Positions 39,601 to 52,443 of a stretch of 64,000 bases of DNA are shown one piece after another (within the stretch, counting starts at the first letter, position 1; every line of letters begins with the position of its first letter). Both the position numbers and the translations under genes were made by a program. The stretch covers positions 116,684,001 to 116,748,000 of the forward strand of contig OZ024740.1 in assembly GCA_964016885.1 (NCBI GenBank). The letters run 5' to 3'. The notes below the pieces were generated by a model that saw only the letters and a list, made by a program, of their open reading frames with translations, searched no databases and was not told the origin of the DNA. The stretch is from Eledone cirrhosa (Eukaryota).

Positions 39601-40382
39601 GCAACCCCGAAGAACTAGAGAGACACATACAACACTTCATCCACCGTATGCAGTTCTCTGGCTACAATCAGAGAGATAGAATCAGAGTGTATAAAGGAAC
39701 CAGAACCAAATGGGAAAAAATGGTAAATAATGACATAAATGGGACCTGCCCCTTGTATAGGAGCAAATTTTGGAATAGAATAGAAAGAACTAAGAACAAG
39801 GCCAATAGAATAAACTCATGGTATGATAGCAATAAATACCAGAGTGTAATGTTCATCAATACAACCCCTAGAGGCGAACTAGCCTACAAATTTAGAAGGG
39901 CCCTAAAGAAACATAATCACAATATTAAGATAGTAGAAAGACCTGGTACCTCCGTAAAAACACTTATTAGCAAGACATACCCGTTCCAAAGACCCTCATG
40001 TATAGATAAGAAATGTATAACCTGTAAAATAAGCCCCCATATTAACTGTAAAACTAGAAATGTAGTATATAGCATAAGATGTACTGAAGGACAATGTAGA
40101 AACAAAAATATAGTGTACATAGGTGAGACAGCTCGTAGTATAGGGGAACGAATAAATGAACACTGGCGAGACCTCCAAGATAATAAAGAATCATCTGTGC
40201 TCTACCAACATGCTAAGATAGAACACAGGGGTAAATTAGAGAGCATAGAAATAAAAATAGAATCCACACACAAGAAAGACGCAATGTTTAGGCAAATTAC
40301 AGAGGCAGTAAGCATAAAAGAATTAAAACCAAAATTAAATAGAAAATATGAGTGGAACAGCAACATCACAACTTACAATTAA
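36622..40382 (+). pseudogene. PLE protein (N-terminal domain, Asn-rich linker, RT, GIY-YIG), one frameshift near 38046; true start displaced into the inverted repeat
   Basis: LPPKFA, KLRW, DLR/RVHATTLPFNK across the shift, TNKSG, LYGLRKDHK..RPV, SMDVVSLYPSI, QEEGAAIG, RYVDD, CIDKKCITC, NVVYSIRC..YIGETARS, RQITEAV, LNRK. Confidence 0.9.
37290..37700 (+). repeat. Coding low-complexity (AAC)-rich tandem repeats
   Basis: Repeated AACAACAATAGCAACATACCCAGATAC and AGACACGCAGACACAAAC units encoding NNNSNIPRY and RHADTNNN. Confidence 0.85.
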
Positions 40383-40687
40383 GGACAAAATGAAAACACA
40401 CACACACATAGAACAAACAACTTACAATTGAAAACACACACAAAATGAAAACACACACAAGACAAAATGAAAACACACACACACATAGAACAAACAACCA
40501 ACCAACAATAAATAAATAAATAAACAAACAAATAGAAAAATATAAATAGAAAAATAGAAAAATGAACACAAACACACACAGACATCCGGATGTGGCGCAT
40601 GCGCAAACTGAGCACGCAACCCACACACAAACAAAATGGCGTAGGATAGAAGAAAGGAAAGGCACAGAAACGAAGAAAGAAATCCCC

Positions 40688-40732
40688 AGTCACTGAAGAG
40701 GTCACAGAGTGTGTGACGAAAGAACTATGACT
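40688..40732 (+). ncRNA. Type I hammerhead ribozyme in PLE pseudo-LTR
   Basis: AGTCA-CTGAAGA-G-GTCACA-GAGTG-TGTGAC-GAAAG-AA-CTA-TGACT. Confidence 0.85.
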
Positions 40733-40883
40733 ATATATATATAAACAACTATCTGGTTGTGGAACCAACCAACCAACCAGAAATTTATAAATTTGTAAAT
40801 TTATAAATATATAATAAATTAAATTGAAGTGAAAGCAACTGGTGCGTGTGTTTCTTATTGGCAACATGACCCTCCCAAAGTAT

Positions 40884-40951
<68 letters not shown>

Positions 40952-40953
<2 letters not shown>

Positions 40954-41121
40954 CGAAGGAGGTGTGGTAAGGAACCAGATGGACCATAACGCTCCAGAGT
41001 ACTCAATACTTAGAGTAGTAGAGTGGGTAATAGGAAAATGTTTAACCCCGACGGCAGAGCTCAAGCCAGAAATAGCCGTCGAAACGGCTTGAGCGCTGCC
41101 GTCGGGGTTAAACATTTACCT
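40952..41121 (-). mobile_element. Family C copy with inverted segment
   Basis: 40952-41068 is the reverse complement of family C; 41072-41121 repeats TAGCCGTCGAAACGGCTTGAGCGCTGCCGTCGGGGTTAAACATTT on the + strand. Confidence 0.8.
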
Positions 41122-41173
41122 ATATATATATATATATATATATGAAAAAGTATGACCCCGACCATAATTCCTT

Positions 41174-41244
<71 letters not shown>

Positions 41245-41669
41245 ATAAATATATATATATGTATATACACACACACATCACGCACACACACACCTATATA
41301 TGTTTATACATATATAAATATATTTGTGTGTTTTTGTGTATACTGTAATCACGCCCACATATACACACATATAGATATTAAAAAACACAGATAGTGTAGA
41401 CGTCATTAGTACAGTAACACCCAGAATCTTTAATACACATTTATAATGTAAGCATGTAGAACCAGTTTATATTTATGCGTGTGGCAATTAGTTTTGTGAT
41501 TATCCAGTATCCCCCACCCTTGTAGTAAGAACTGTAAGGTTTAGAATCTTTCTAGACTAATTGGTGCTTACACAGACACACACAGACATGTACATAATTT
41601 TCTGTGCTTGACTGTATTTGACAAACAACTGTACACACACACACACACATATATATATATGTATATTTG

Positions 41670-41738
<69 letters not shown>

Positions 41739-41740
<2 letters not shown>

Positions 41741-44700
41741 TCATCATCAACGTTTAACGTCCGTGTTCCACGCTTGCATGGGTTTGGACGGGGGTAGTCC
41801 CACTTGAGGCAAGAGTGATTGTCTTGCTCGCATAGGACTGTCTGGCAGGTTTTCTACAGTTGGATGCCCTTCCTAACACCAACCACATTTACAGTGTGGG
41901 TCTGGGAGGTTTTTACCGTGTTGCCTACACGGCCACATTACAGCGTGGACTGTGTGTTTTTTTGTCGTGACACCTACACGATCTCATTTGTTTCGGCCTG
42001 GATGGCGCGGCACCAACATAACTTTACATAGAACGGGGTGGTGTGGATGGGGTGGGGGTGGTGGCGGGACGGGGTGTATTTTGTTAGAGATGCCTACTGG
42101 CAAGGCGGGTCTTCTCTGTTACTGAGTACCGCCAAAGGTCACGGTCCAGTGACATTGTCTTGGAGAGGTGTAAGTGTGTGAGGTCGGAGTTTATCAGCTC
42201 ATCCCATGTTTTTCTAGGTCTGCCTATTCCGTGGCTACCGTCTATCTTTATTGCCCTGCACTTTGTAATACAGCTATCGACTTTCATGCGCATCACGTGT
42301 CCATACCAACGCAGCCTTCTCTCGAGTAAACAACATCTGATCCCTCTTATCTCTGATTTTTTCCTTAGTTCGTTTATGCTTTGCCGTTCACGTATATTAC
42401 TGTTACACATCCAGCGGAGCATGCAAGCTTCGTTCCTCTCTAGTCTGCGTATATCCTCTGCACACAATGCCCAGGTCTCACTACCATGCAACATTGCTGT
42501 TCGTATGCAGGCATCGTACAACCTGCCTTTCATTTTTAGGGAGAACCCTTTAGCAGCTAATAGTGGTATAAGCTCTCTGAACTTTTTCCAACCAGTTCTG
42601 ACTCTAGCTACAGTACTTTCAGAGCACCCTCCCCCACTGCTGATTTTATCGCCCAGGTAACGGAAGCTGTCCACTATTTCTATAGAACCCTCTGCGCAAT
42701 TGAAAGAGCTAGTATTTTGTGGGCACTTGCTGCTACTTATTGCACCAGAACACCGGCCACATGTAAAGTCTATGTTCTTAGTTAGCTTACCTGTGATCCC
42801 ACTACATCTTTTATGCACCCATACTTTGCATTTAGGACATAAGATGGAGTTTCTACCTACGCCTTTCCTACATACCGAGCACGACCATTTCCCAGAAGGG
42901 ACCGCCGCCTTGTTTTCTTTCCTACAAACTAGAACTTTGGTCTTAGCCAGGTTAATTTTAAGTCCTTTTGACTCTAGGCCGTGCTTCCATGTTTGGAATT
43001 TCTTCTCTAGCTCGGCCATTGATTCCGCTATGAGTGTCAGGTCGTCTGCGTATAGGAGTTCCCATGGGCAGCCTGTCTTGAACTCCTCTGTTATAGCCTG
43101 AAGGGCAATAATAAATAGTAGGGGGCTGAGAACAGAGCCCTGATGGACGCCAACTTTTACGCTAAACTCTTCACTATATTCGTTGTTAATTCTAACCTTG
43201 CTGACTGTTTCTTTATACATGGCTTGTATAGCCCTCACAAGCCATTCGTCAACGCCTAGTTTTCTAAGAGCCCACCAGATAATGGAGCGGGGGACTCTGT
43301 CGAAGGCTTTCTCCAGGTCGACAAAAGCTAAGTAGAGGGGTTTACCTTTAGCTAGGTACTTCTCCTGTAGTTGTCGTACTATGAAAAGAGCGTCTGTGGT
43401 GCTTTTGCCTGACACAAACCCGAACTGCATTTCATCTAGATCAATTCTCTCTCTGATTAGTTGCGCTATTACTTTTTCCGTGACCTTCATGACCTGGTCG
43501 ATTAATTTAATGCCTCTATAGTTACTCCTATCTAGGGCGTCTCCTTTACCCTTATAACAGTTAACGATGATGCTGCTATGCCAGTCCTTCGGAACAACCC
43601 CATTCTGTACGACTTGGTTAACTATGCGGGTGACCATGGTGTGTCCCACCGTGCCAGATGCCTTCAGCATCTCAGCAACTATTTCCGAAGGCCCAGCCGC
43701 CTTACCAGTCTTCATATCCTTGATTGCCTTACTTATTATACTCCCCTCGACTAACACTGCTGGTCCCTCTATCAGGTCGATATGGGGGAGACTGTCTTTC
43801 TCCCATTTATTCTCCTCATTTAGTAGCCTTTCATAGTGACACTTCCAAGCTACCTTCTTATCAGTGTCGGTGATGGCAAGTATGCCATCATCGTTAAGTA
43901 CACACTTCTCCCCGACAATATCACGGTTTTCCTTGACGCATTGCCTGGCAATCCTGAACACCTCACGTTTTTGGTCATCGCGTTGTAGAACATGCTTGAA
44001 CTTTCTTTCCTCAGCTTCCCTTCTTGCTAAGTACACTTCTCTCCTAGCTTCCCTCCTGGCCACTTGATAGTCTACTCTACTTCCCCCATCCCGCCATACT
44101 TTCCAAGCCTGCTTTTTGGCCTTAATTGACCCCTCCACCCTACTGTTCCACCACCATGTTACTCTCCTCCTGCCTACAGGCCTGCTCCAGCCACAGACTT
44201 CGTCTGTCGCCAACAGCAGGTTTGCTTTCAGAAATTTCCACTGTCCCTCTATATTGTCCGATTCTAGATGCTCTTCCTTACTGTCGAAAGCATCAAGTAA
44301 TATGCTTTGAAATTTATTTCTGGCTGTGGGGTCCTTTAGTTTCCATATTTTCCTCCTGGGGATAGTCCTCTTCTGCTGTCGAGTACGTCTCGTCCTGACT
44401 ATGAGGTCGCTAATTATCAGTCTATGTTGGGAGGTGCATTCTTCATGGGGGAGGGATTTAGTGTTTACAACAGACACTCTGTCACGTCTTCTGGTAAGGA
44501 TATAATCTACCTGGCTTGTGTGTTCCCCGGATCTATAGGTGATCAGGTGATTGTCACGTTTTTTGAAGTTAGTGTTACAGATAGTTAGGTTATTTGCATC
44601 ACAGTATTCCAGGATTCTGGAGCCTTCCTCATTTCTAGTACCAAACCCATAGCCTCCATGGATTTCGTCGTAGCCGTCACAATGTTGTCCAACGTGACCA

Positions 44701-46159
44701 TTTAGGTCGCCTGCAATAATTATATAGTCACTGTCAGATATTTGGGAGGTAGTTAGCAACAGTGTCTCATAGAATCTGTCTTTTATAGTGCCGGGCAGTC
44801 CGGATTGGGGTGCGTACGCAGATATTACTGTCACCGTAGTTCTATTGAGGACAAGTCTTATTTTAATTATTCTGTCGTTCACTCTATTTACGTCTATTAT
44901 CTTATCTGCCCACTTTTCTGCTACCATGATTCCTACTCCACCCAGCCCATCGTCGTTTCCCACCCAGAAAAGCTTATAACATCGTTTTTTACCCTCAATG
45001 AATCTAGCAGACCCACCCCTCCACCTGGTCTCTTGAATACAACAAACATCGACCTCCTTACGTTCAAGCATTTCTACAACCTCGTTAGCGCGACCCTTTA
45101 GGGTGCCTACATTTATGGTACCAACTCTGAAGTTTTGGGTTGCGTTTGGAGGGTGGGGGTGGTGGGGGGCGGGAGGAGATAGGGTTATGTTAGCCATCCG
45201 CGGACGAAACAAAGAGGAGTGCTCGCATTCTCGTCCACGAGGTGAATTTGACTTTAACTTTGGCATTTTCGCTCTGAGCGTCCAGATTTTTCTCTCCCTT
45301 CCACTCTCCAGGATTCCGCAGTCCGTCCGTCCATCCATCCATCCATCATATATCGAAGGCAACCGGGCAAGCGATAGTATAGGCCTCTGGCTTATGATTT
45401 GGTCCGCGTAATAATAATAATGGTGATGCGTGGGGGTGGGGGGCTCTGGCTTATAATAATGATGGTGATGCGTGGGGGGGGGGGGCTCTGGCTTATGATT
45501 GGTCCACGTATTAAGTATGGTGGCGTGTGGGGGCGGGAGGGAGGGGTGTGGGGTAGCTAGCTGGAAGGTTATGAATGTTTAACAAGCGATTTAACAAAAA
45601 GCAAAACTGCAAGATTTGTTCTGTTCAATACGACAAAAACACCGTATTTAAACCTTAAATAGATAACAAAAAAATACAGATTTCGGATTTTGCGAGATTG
45701 GATGTTTGGACTATGTACGAAATTGAGCGTGGAATGGAGAGAAAAATTTGTACTTTACGATTTACATGAGTACACCATAGTAGAAATAATTGAAGCAGCG
45801 GTGGATTGGCGAAAGTGAATAAACATGAAGGAGAACTTATCTTATATATATATATGTGTGTGTGTGTGTAGCTAAGAGAGGGATAGAGGGGAAGAAAGAG
45901 AGGGGGGGAAGGGGGAGAGATATTGTGGCTGACCGCAGCCCCTCGTGGAGTAGCAGGAGGGTGAAGGGGTGGAGCGGATTTTTGACTTTCAAGTAGCATA
46001 CTATATATATTTAAAGTAATTTATAAGTAGAATGGGAAGGATTTTGTTTTTTTTTTGTTTGAGAATACGATAGAATTAAGGAATTGGACGATACGATAGA
46101 ATTAAGATAGCTGGAAGGTTATGAATGTTTAACAAGCGATTTAACAAAAAGCAAAACTG

Positions 46160-46162
<3 letters not shown>
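41739..46162 (-). mobile_element. Full-length RTE-clade LINE
   Basis: Intact ORF; 3' UTR ends ...GGACGTTAAACGTTGATGATGATGA abutting (TA)n; 5' region carries a ~55-bp direct repeat (45558-45612, 46108-46162). The 5' boundary is uncertain. Confidence 0.85.
42084..45362 (-). CDS. RTE ORF: APE endonuclease + reverse transcriptase + PHD-like Cys/His finger (true ATG probably slightly downstream of 45362)
   Basis: GTINVGTL, IQETRW, SAYAPQ, GDLNGH, VDYIL, SQHRL; NYRGIKL, QFGF, FVDLEKAFD, GVHQGSVLSP, LYADD; CSVC..CPKCKVWVHKRC..CGRC; YLG, LRWYGHV. Confidence 0.95.
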   Translation of the reverse strand: MPSIYDGWMDGRTDCGILESGRERKIWTLRAKMPKLKSNSPRGRECEHSSLFRPRMANITLSPPAPHHPHPPNATQNFRVGTINVGTLKGRANEVVEMLERKEVDVCCIQETRWRGGSARFIEGKKRCYKLFWVGNDDGLGGVGIMVAEKWADKIIDVNRVNDRIIKIRLVLNRTTVTVISAYAPQSGLPGTIKDRFYETLLLTTSQISDSDYIIIAGDLNGHVGQHCDGYDEIHGGYGFGTRNEEGSRILEYCDANNLTICNTNFKKRDNHLITYRSGEHTSQVDYILTRRRDRVSVVNTKSLPHEECTSQHRLIISDLIVRTRRTRQQKRTIPRRKIWKLKDPTARNKFQSILLDAFDSKEEHLESDNIEGQWKFLKANLLLATDEVCGWSRPVGRRRVTWWWNSRVEGSIKAKKQAWKVWRDGGSRVDYQVARREARREVYLARREAEERKFKHVLQRDDQKREVFRIARQCVKENRDIVGEKCVLNDDGILAITDTDKKVAWKCHYERLLNEENKWEKDSLPHIDLIEGPAVLVEGSIISKAIKDMKTGKAAGPSEIVAEMLKASGTVGHTMVTRIVNQVVQNGVVPKDWHSSIIVNCYKGKGDALDRSNYRGIKLIDQVMKVTEKVIAQLIRERIDLDEMQFGFVSGKSTTDALFIVRQLQEKYLAKGKPLYLAFVDLEKAFDRVPRSIIWWALRKLGVDEWLVRAIQAMYKETVSKVRINNEYSEEFSVKVGVHQGSVLSPLLFIIALQAITEEFKTGCPWELLYADDLTLIAESMAELEKKFQTWKHGLESKGLKINLAKTKVLVCRKENKAAVPSGKWSCSVCRKGVGRNSILCPKCKVWVHKRCSGITGKLTKNIDFTCGRCSGAISSSKCPQNTSSFNCAEGSIEIVDSFRYLGDKISSGGGCSESTVARVRTGWKKFRELIPLLAAKGFSLKMKGRLYDACIRTAMLHGSETWALCAEDIRRLERNEACMLRWMCNSNIRERQSINELRKKSEIRGIRCCLLERRLRWYGHVMRMKVDSCITKCRAIKIDGSHGIGRPRKTWDELINSDLTHLHLSKTMSLDRDLWRYSVTEKTRLASRHL

Positions 46163-46225
<63 letters not shown>

Positions 46226-46302
46226 CTATATATATATATATATATAGGTATATATATATATATGCACACATACATATATATTTATATATATATAAATGTG
46301 TA

Positions 46303-46371
<69 letters not shown>

Positions 46372-46447
46372 TTATATATATATAAATATATATGTATGTG
46401 TGCATATATATATATATATATACCTATATATATATATATATATATAG

Positions 46448-46478
<31 letters not shown>

Positions 46479-46606
46479 CGTCTGTGTGTGTGTTTGTGTA
46501 CAAGCAGAAGCATCGACTAATCAGACAATTTATCCGGTTGAACATAATGTACGACAGTAATAAATTATAGTGTAAAGTAGATGCAAGAACCAAGAAGACA
46601 CCTCAT

Positions 46607-46696
<90 letters not shown>
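46607..46696. repeat. (AAC)n(AAT)n microsatellite at the Tx1 3' junction
   Basis: Directly visible. Confidence 0.95.
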
Positions 46697-46698
<2 letters not shown>

Positions 46699-46944
46699 TT
46701 TCTTTATTAACCACAAGGGTTTACATAAAGTAGACATTAAGGACAGCGCAGGACAATACAGTACGGTACAAATGGGCATTTCTGCGTGTAAAAAACAAAA
46801 ACAGAGAATGTAACAAAAATAACAATGAAAAATTCCCCAATAGGGGGAGACTTCGGAGGGACATTTGTGGAGAAAGCCCAGTAAAAGGCCACAGTGACCC
46901 TGACCACCAAGGCAAGTACCCTCTCCCAGTTTTCCACCTTTAAT

Positions 46945-49900
46945 TTACAGATATATACTCAGAGTAGGCCCATTCACTCGGGCCATTTTTGCTTCTCTCA
47001 CCCATCTTTCAACAAAATGCTGGAAAGAGAGCACTTCCCTCTCTACTCTGATTTTCCTTTTCAAATGAAATTTGAAAAAGTCAATCAGAGCATCACCGAA
47101 GAGGTAAGTGCTCGTCTTCAGCCCTTTCAAACGTGTCCACCATACTATCTCTTTCTCCATGGCCACCAGACAGATAAAAACTGCCTGCCCTTCCCGGCTA
47201 AAGGAGGAGGGCGGGGCAATCCTCACGACGGACTCAGCTGATAGCTGGATCCGTCCTACAAGTAACAGCAGGTGTTCGACATAAACCCACAAGTCAGCAA
47301 TGCTCAGACACTGGACGAGTGCGTGCAGGACGGTTTCGTCGCCTTGTGCGCATCTCGGACATGCCCGGCTAACGGCACCTCCGTTCCTGTAGAGTTTATC
47401 CCGAACTGGCAAAGCTCCCCGGTAGCACTGCCAGGCCAGGGATTTCTGGATGTTGTCCATAGGCCCCGGCCCGAAAGTCCTTCCGAAGAGATTAACTAGT
47501 TGATTTTCGTCGACGCCAAGAGTTTCTCCAAGTACGTCGTCGCTCTTCCCCTCCACTAATCCCCTATAGAACGCCAAGGTGGAGTTTCCACCGATCACAT
47601 TGCCCGATTGGTCGAGGGCTGTGAGCGCCTGAAGACATTCCAGTCTCCAAGCGCTCCCTCTCGGTCTTCGCTTGACCCAGGACTGCAGCTCCGTCAAGGA
47701 GACGAGCTGGGGAAAAACGTGTCTAGCAAACGGCGACCACACCTGATCACCGTCGAGGAAGAGGTGGAGATGTCGTAGCCTGAGCGCGTGTCTACGCATC
47801 ATCAGCCACGGCATGCCCAGCCCTCCACGTAGCGGGTGTTGACAGCAGATGGACCGCCTGACCATCGGAGCGCGTCCCTTCCACAAGAAGCGAAAGAGCA
47901 AACGCTCCAGCGCAGTCAGGCGGGGCTTAGGACAAGGTACGACGGTCAGGCGGTAGTAGATGACGGACGCGATGTACGCGTTAGCCACCTCCGCTCGACC
48001 TTTCAGGAATAGCTTCCTCTCGGCCCATTTCTGGGTAAGAGAAGCCACCCTGCTCGTCACCTCGTCCCAGTTTTTGTCCGTCTGGAGGTCTGGACCGAAC
48101 CAGACCCCTAGCAATTAAACCGGTCCGTCCGTCCAGCGCTTGACGACGCTGTTGGACGGCATGGACCTGCCTCTCCAGGTGCCGAGCTGCAGGCCCACTG
48201 ACTTTTCCTGGTTGATCATTGCTCCTGTCACCGCTTCGTATTCTCTTAGTGTAGTGCCGATCGCCTCGATGTGTTTGGCGTTCGACACCACTACGGTGAC
48301 ATCGTCCGCATATGCTGACACGGATCTTCCGCATCCTAGTTCGCGCGGGACCCCCCTCAACGTCTCCAGATTGTGCAGTAATGGCTTGAGAGTCAATACG
48401 TACAAGAGGGACGAGAGGGGACATCCTTGGCGGACCGAGCGCATGATGTTGAACGGTTCCGAAAGGTGACCGTTCACTCTCACTACAGAGCAGATGTCGC
48501 TGTGCATGGCATCGATCCAGCCTCTGAAGACGGGCCCAAAGCCAGCCGCCCTCAGGACTGCCGCTAGGTAACGATGTTCGACCCTTTCGAAGGCTTTTGA
48601 CTGATCTAAATTGATCAAAGACCCACCCGTGCCAGGTTCCCTAGCTACCCTCTCTACGATGTATCGCATGAGGTGGAGGTTGTCGTGGATGGATCTGTCG
48701 GGAATGGCGCATGTCTGTGCCTCTCCCACCAGACCACCAACGACAAGCGCCAACCTCTTTGCTAGCACCTTGGCCAAAATCTTGAACTCTGTGTTTAGCA
48801 GAGTTATGGGCCGGAAATTATCTATGTTATCCCCCTTGTTCGGATCCTTTCTCAGCAGCGCTACCGCTCCTCGGCTCACAGAACTGGGAATTCTCCCGTT
48901 CTGTGGCCAGTTGCAGTAGACGTCCGCCAAGAGGCCTCCGAACAAGTCTGGCATCTGTACGTAAAGTTCATAGGGCAGACCATCCAAACCAGGCGATTTA
49001 CCCCTTGTGCAGCCAGTCATTGCCTCCCTTACTTCAGCGGCTGTTATCGGCTTTCGCAACACTCCGCCTCAGTAGCCGAGAGCCGCGGCAGTCCGTCGAG
49101 GTAGACACTAAAGTCCATCCCTCGACCCGGCCCACCGCTGCCCCCGAACAGCTGAGCGAAGTGTCGCTGAAAAGCTTCACACATTTGCCCGGGATCGAGT
49201 AGCATGCGCCCGTCGTGGTCCACCAAAGACCGGATCGTGGCTTTGTTGCCACGACGCGCCTCCGCCACTCGGGCCCATTGAACGGCTTTCGTCCCCTCGT
49301 GTCTAAGAGCACGCACCCTAGCTCTGACAACGCAGCCTTCGTGCTTGCATTGAAGAATTGGTCAAGGGCCAATTTCGCCGCAAGCACGTCGGTCGCAATG
49401 CCTTTGCTCAGCGCCTCGTCTAATTTTCTAACTAATTCTCCCTCTGCTCTATTTTTCTCTATTGCTAAAGCCTTACTAAACCTAATGGATTCTATTCTAA
49501 TCGCACTTTTCAGAGCAAACCACCAGTTGTTGTTGACGATGGCCCCCGTCAACGCCCGCTTAACTAGTTCGCTAATCCGGTCTCTGTAGGCCTTGCGCGC
49601 TGGTAAGGACGCGTTTAGCTTCCAGTAGCCGGGTCCTCGTCTATGAAGCCTATCTAAGTCAAGCACACAGATCACGAATTTGTGGTCCGTGTAGCTGACT
49701 ATCTTGAATTGTGGACAGCCTATGCTAGACCTATCTATTTCCCTACAAAATACTCTATCTAGATATGATCTGGATGACCCTATGCGATTTGTCCAAGTCC
49801 ACATTGGCACATTCGGGAAATCCAATCGGTACCTGTCAGACAGTTCAAAATACCTGAGTAGGTTGGTGAGGCTCTTGCACCCTCCACCCCTATCCGCTAA

Positions 49901-50362
49901 TCCCACACAGTCCCAGCGTGCATCTAAGATCCCGTTCCAGTCGCCCACTAACACTAAAGAGCGGGACGTTCCAAGAAAGGTCTCCAGCCGCCGGAAGAAA
50001 TCAGGCCGCCCTGCTTCTGTCGGGGCATAGACGGCCACTAGCCTGAAAGCTTGCCCGTCTCCGCTGGTCACGTCCAGCACCACCAACTTACCCTCTGGGT
50101 CCAGGAAGATGGCCCGTATGGCAAGATCCAAACCTCTCCGAAAAAGCACAGCAACTCCTCCCCCCGATCCAGGACGGCTGGGAGATGCGTACACATCGTA
50201 GCCGCCGAAGATCGGTGCGAAGGCCCGTGCTTCGGAGATTCTGGTCTCGTTGATGGCCACTACATCTATGTTTAGTGACCTGAGGTCGTTGAGCAGGTGA
50301 CCCTGCTTCCATGACGACCCCAAGCCACGCGCATTTATGCTGCCTATTCTGAGTGAGGTCAT
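46945..50362 (-). pseudogene. Tx1-type ORF2 (APE, RT, C-terminal CCHC zinc domain): two frameshifts and one in-frame stop
   Basis: SINARGL, NETR, VYAP, GDWN, YLDR, TDH; KSPGLDG, NFRPITLLN, LDQSKAFE, VRQGCPLS, AYADD; GGLG, CPRC..ETVLHALVQC. Shifts at ~49345 and ~49050; stop at 48115. Confidence 0.9.
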
Positions 50363-50784
50363 GTTTAAAATAGAGTGGAAAAGATGGGAAAGACCACTTA
50401 CCGTACTTTTCGTAGAGGAGGGATGGTTTTTCCATCCCTTTTCACTTGATCGTCTGGTGAAAGGACCGTTGAATCGTCCCTTCGGCTGGTCGTCGGCTCT
50501 TCTATGAGTATGTCCGAATATACTCTTCAGTTGAGTGTCCCTCCTAGGTCTCTGAAATCACCAACTGCGTTGGGGAATTTCGTTTTAATGTTTGTGTATT
50601 GTTTCTGTGCTATTTTTAGCAGTCATATGTTAGTTGGCGTTTTGATTGGTGCTGGTATTATGTAGTCGTGTTGTGAAATGTCTGTGTGTTCAATTATGTA
50701 AGTCATTAGTTTCTTGTTGTGTGTATTTATTGCCGTGCATTTGTTTTTCTGGGGGTGGGGTGTGGTTCTGCTATTTTCTTGTCG

Positions 50785-52443
50785 TTATTGCTGGGTGTGT
50801 GTGTTTTGTTGTTGTGTTTGCGATGTTGATGCTTGTGGTGGTGGTGTTGAAGGTGTTGTTGGCGGTGGGGTTGTCGCCGGTGGTGATGGTGGTGCTAGTG
50901 TGGGTGGTGATGGTGTTGGTGGTGTTGCTGCTGTGAGTCTCTTTGCAGTAGCCTTTACCCTATTTTTATTTCTTTCCTCGCTTTTCAAAGGCGACGATGC
51001 GCTGCTTCTGCGTTTGTGCCTTCTTACGACCTTTTGCCATCCCTCTCCCACTTCACACTCCATATCTGATTCTGTGAAGTCGGGGAGGGGGTACCAGCTC
51101 CACTCTTTCACTTGTTGTTGTTGGTAATATTTGCACTGGAGTCTCTGTTGCAGCTGCATTTGGTATTGCTGTTGTTGCTGTTAATACTTCCACTGCTGCT
51201 ACTATTTTTGATTTCCGTGGCGTGGGTATGAGTGCCACGGACCTATCGTTCCTGGTTGCCGCTTGTCCTGTTGCTGGTAGCCGTGGAGCTGGTTTCGGAA
51301 GGAGGGGGGTTTTCTCCTTTCTCAGGGTCTTCTCGTTGCAGAAGGCCCTGAGGTGAGTCTTCGATCCACAGCGAAAGCATTTCGGGCGTTTGCCCTCAAC
51401 ACTTATGGGCAGTTGAGTGCCGTTATCGAAGTCTATCACATCCGGGATAGCTTCGATGCACTCCTGGTTGGTTTGGATTAACATCTCAATGGAGGTGCCG
51501 ACCCAATCTTCTCTTACTTTTTTCTGTACTTGCTGTACAGTTGTTTTGTCCTAGATTCTGACGAGGACAGACGCGGCCAGCCAAGAAGGGGCCATCCCGG
51601 GGGAGGGGGGGCGTGGGTCAGTTTGACCCTCACAATTGTTTGCACGCAGTAGGAGGGAACCAACACCATTTCCTCGCTCCTTAGGGTCACTAAGGATTGA
51701 GCCTTTGCTTCCTGGGGTGTGGCAAAAAGTACGTCTACGGTGGCATATTTCTTGCCTCGGGTGATGTGCGTTTTCCGCTGCCACACAGACCCCAAGGCTT
51801 TTTGTATTTGAACCTCTGTGGCTCTTTCAACCCTACGGGATTTTATACTTACTGTACGGTACGTGACCGTACAGTGCTGTTGGGTTTCGAAAGATTTTTC
51901 CGCTGTCTTGCAGATTGCTTGGTGTCCAGTTTTTGTCACCATCTTCTTCGCTTCCTCTAATTCCTCATTTGTTATGAGGATGGTTTCCAGGTTCTTTGCG
52001 ATACCTGCAAACGAGATTGGTTTTTCTTTGCTGCTGTTGTTGTTGTTGCTGCTGCTGCTGTTTTTGTTGCTGCTAATGCTGTTGTTGTTTATGCTGCTGC
52101 TGATGCTGTTGCAGCTGCTACTGTTGTTTTCCTTGACACTGTTGCTGCTGTTATTACGGCTGCTACTGCTATTATTCCTGACGTCAGACGAATGAAATGG
52201 GATTTCGTATTTCCCGCACACCTTTTTCGTCGTTGTCGTCGTCGTCGTGGAGAAATCTTGCTCGCTTTGCACGTGATTTTTCTTTTCTGGCGTCGCTTGT
52301 GAAAGAGAAGGGAGGGAGAGAGACAATCTTCTCTCTGCTGTAGTGACGATTGAGGAAGAAGAAGACGGAATGAGTGGGAGTGACCTATGAAAATTCTTTT
52401 TCGCAGCCATGTTGTTTTTTTGTTTAAAATAAATATTGAGCAC
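50785..52443 (-). pseudogene. Tx1-type ORF1 (gag-like), frameshifted
   Basis: ISFAGIAK, an Asn/Ser-rich stretch, IPDVIDF..ISVEGKRPKCFRCGSKTHLRAFC (CX2CX4HX4C), GWQKVVRR; lies directly upstream of ORF2. Confidence 0.75.

Larger units (their letters stand above)
36112..40890 (+). mobile_element. Near-complete Penelope-like element (Neptune/Nematis-like) with inverted 5' pseudo-LTR
   Basis: 36171-36619 is the near-identical reverse complement of 40444-40892; (TA)n on both sides; RT + GIY-YIG ORF between. Confidence 0.93.
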
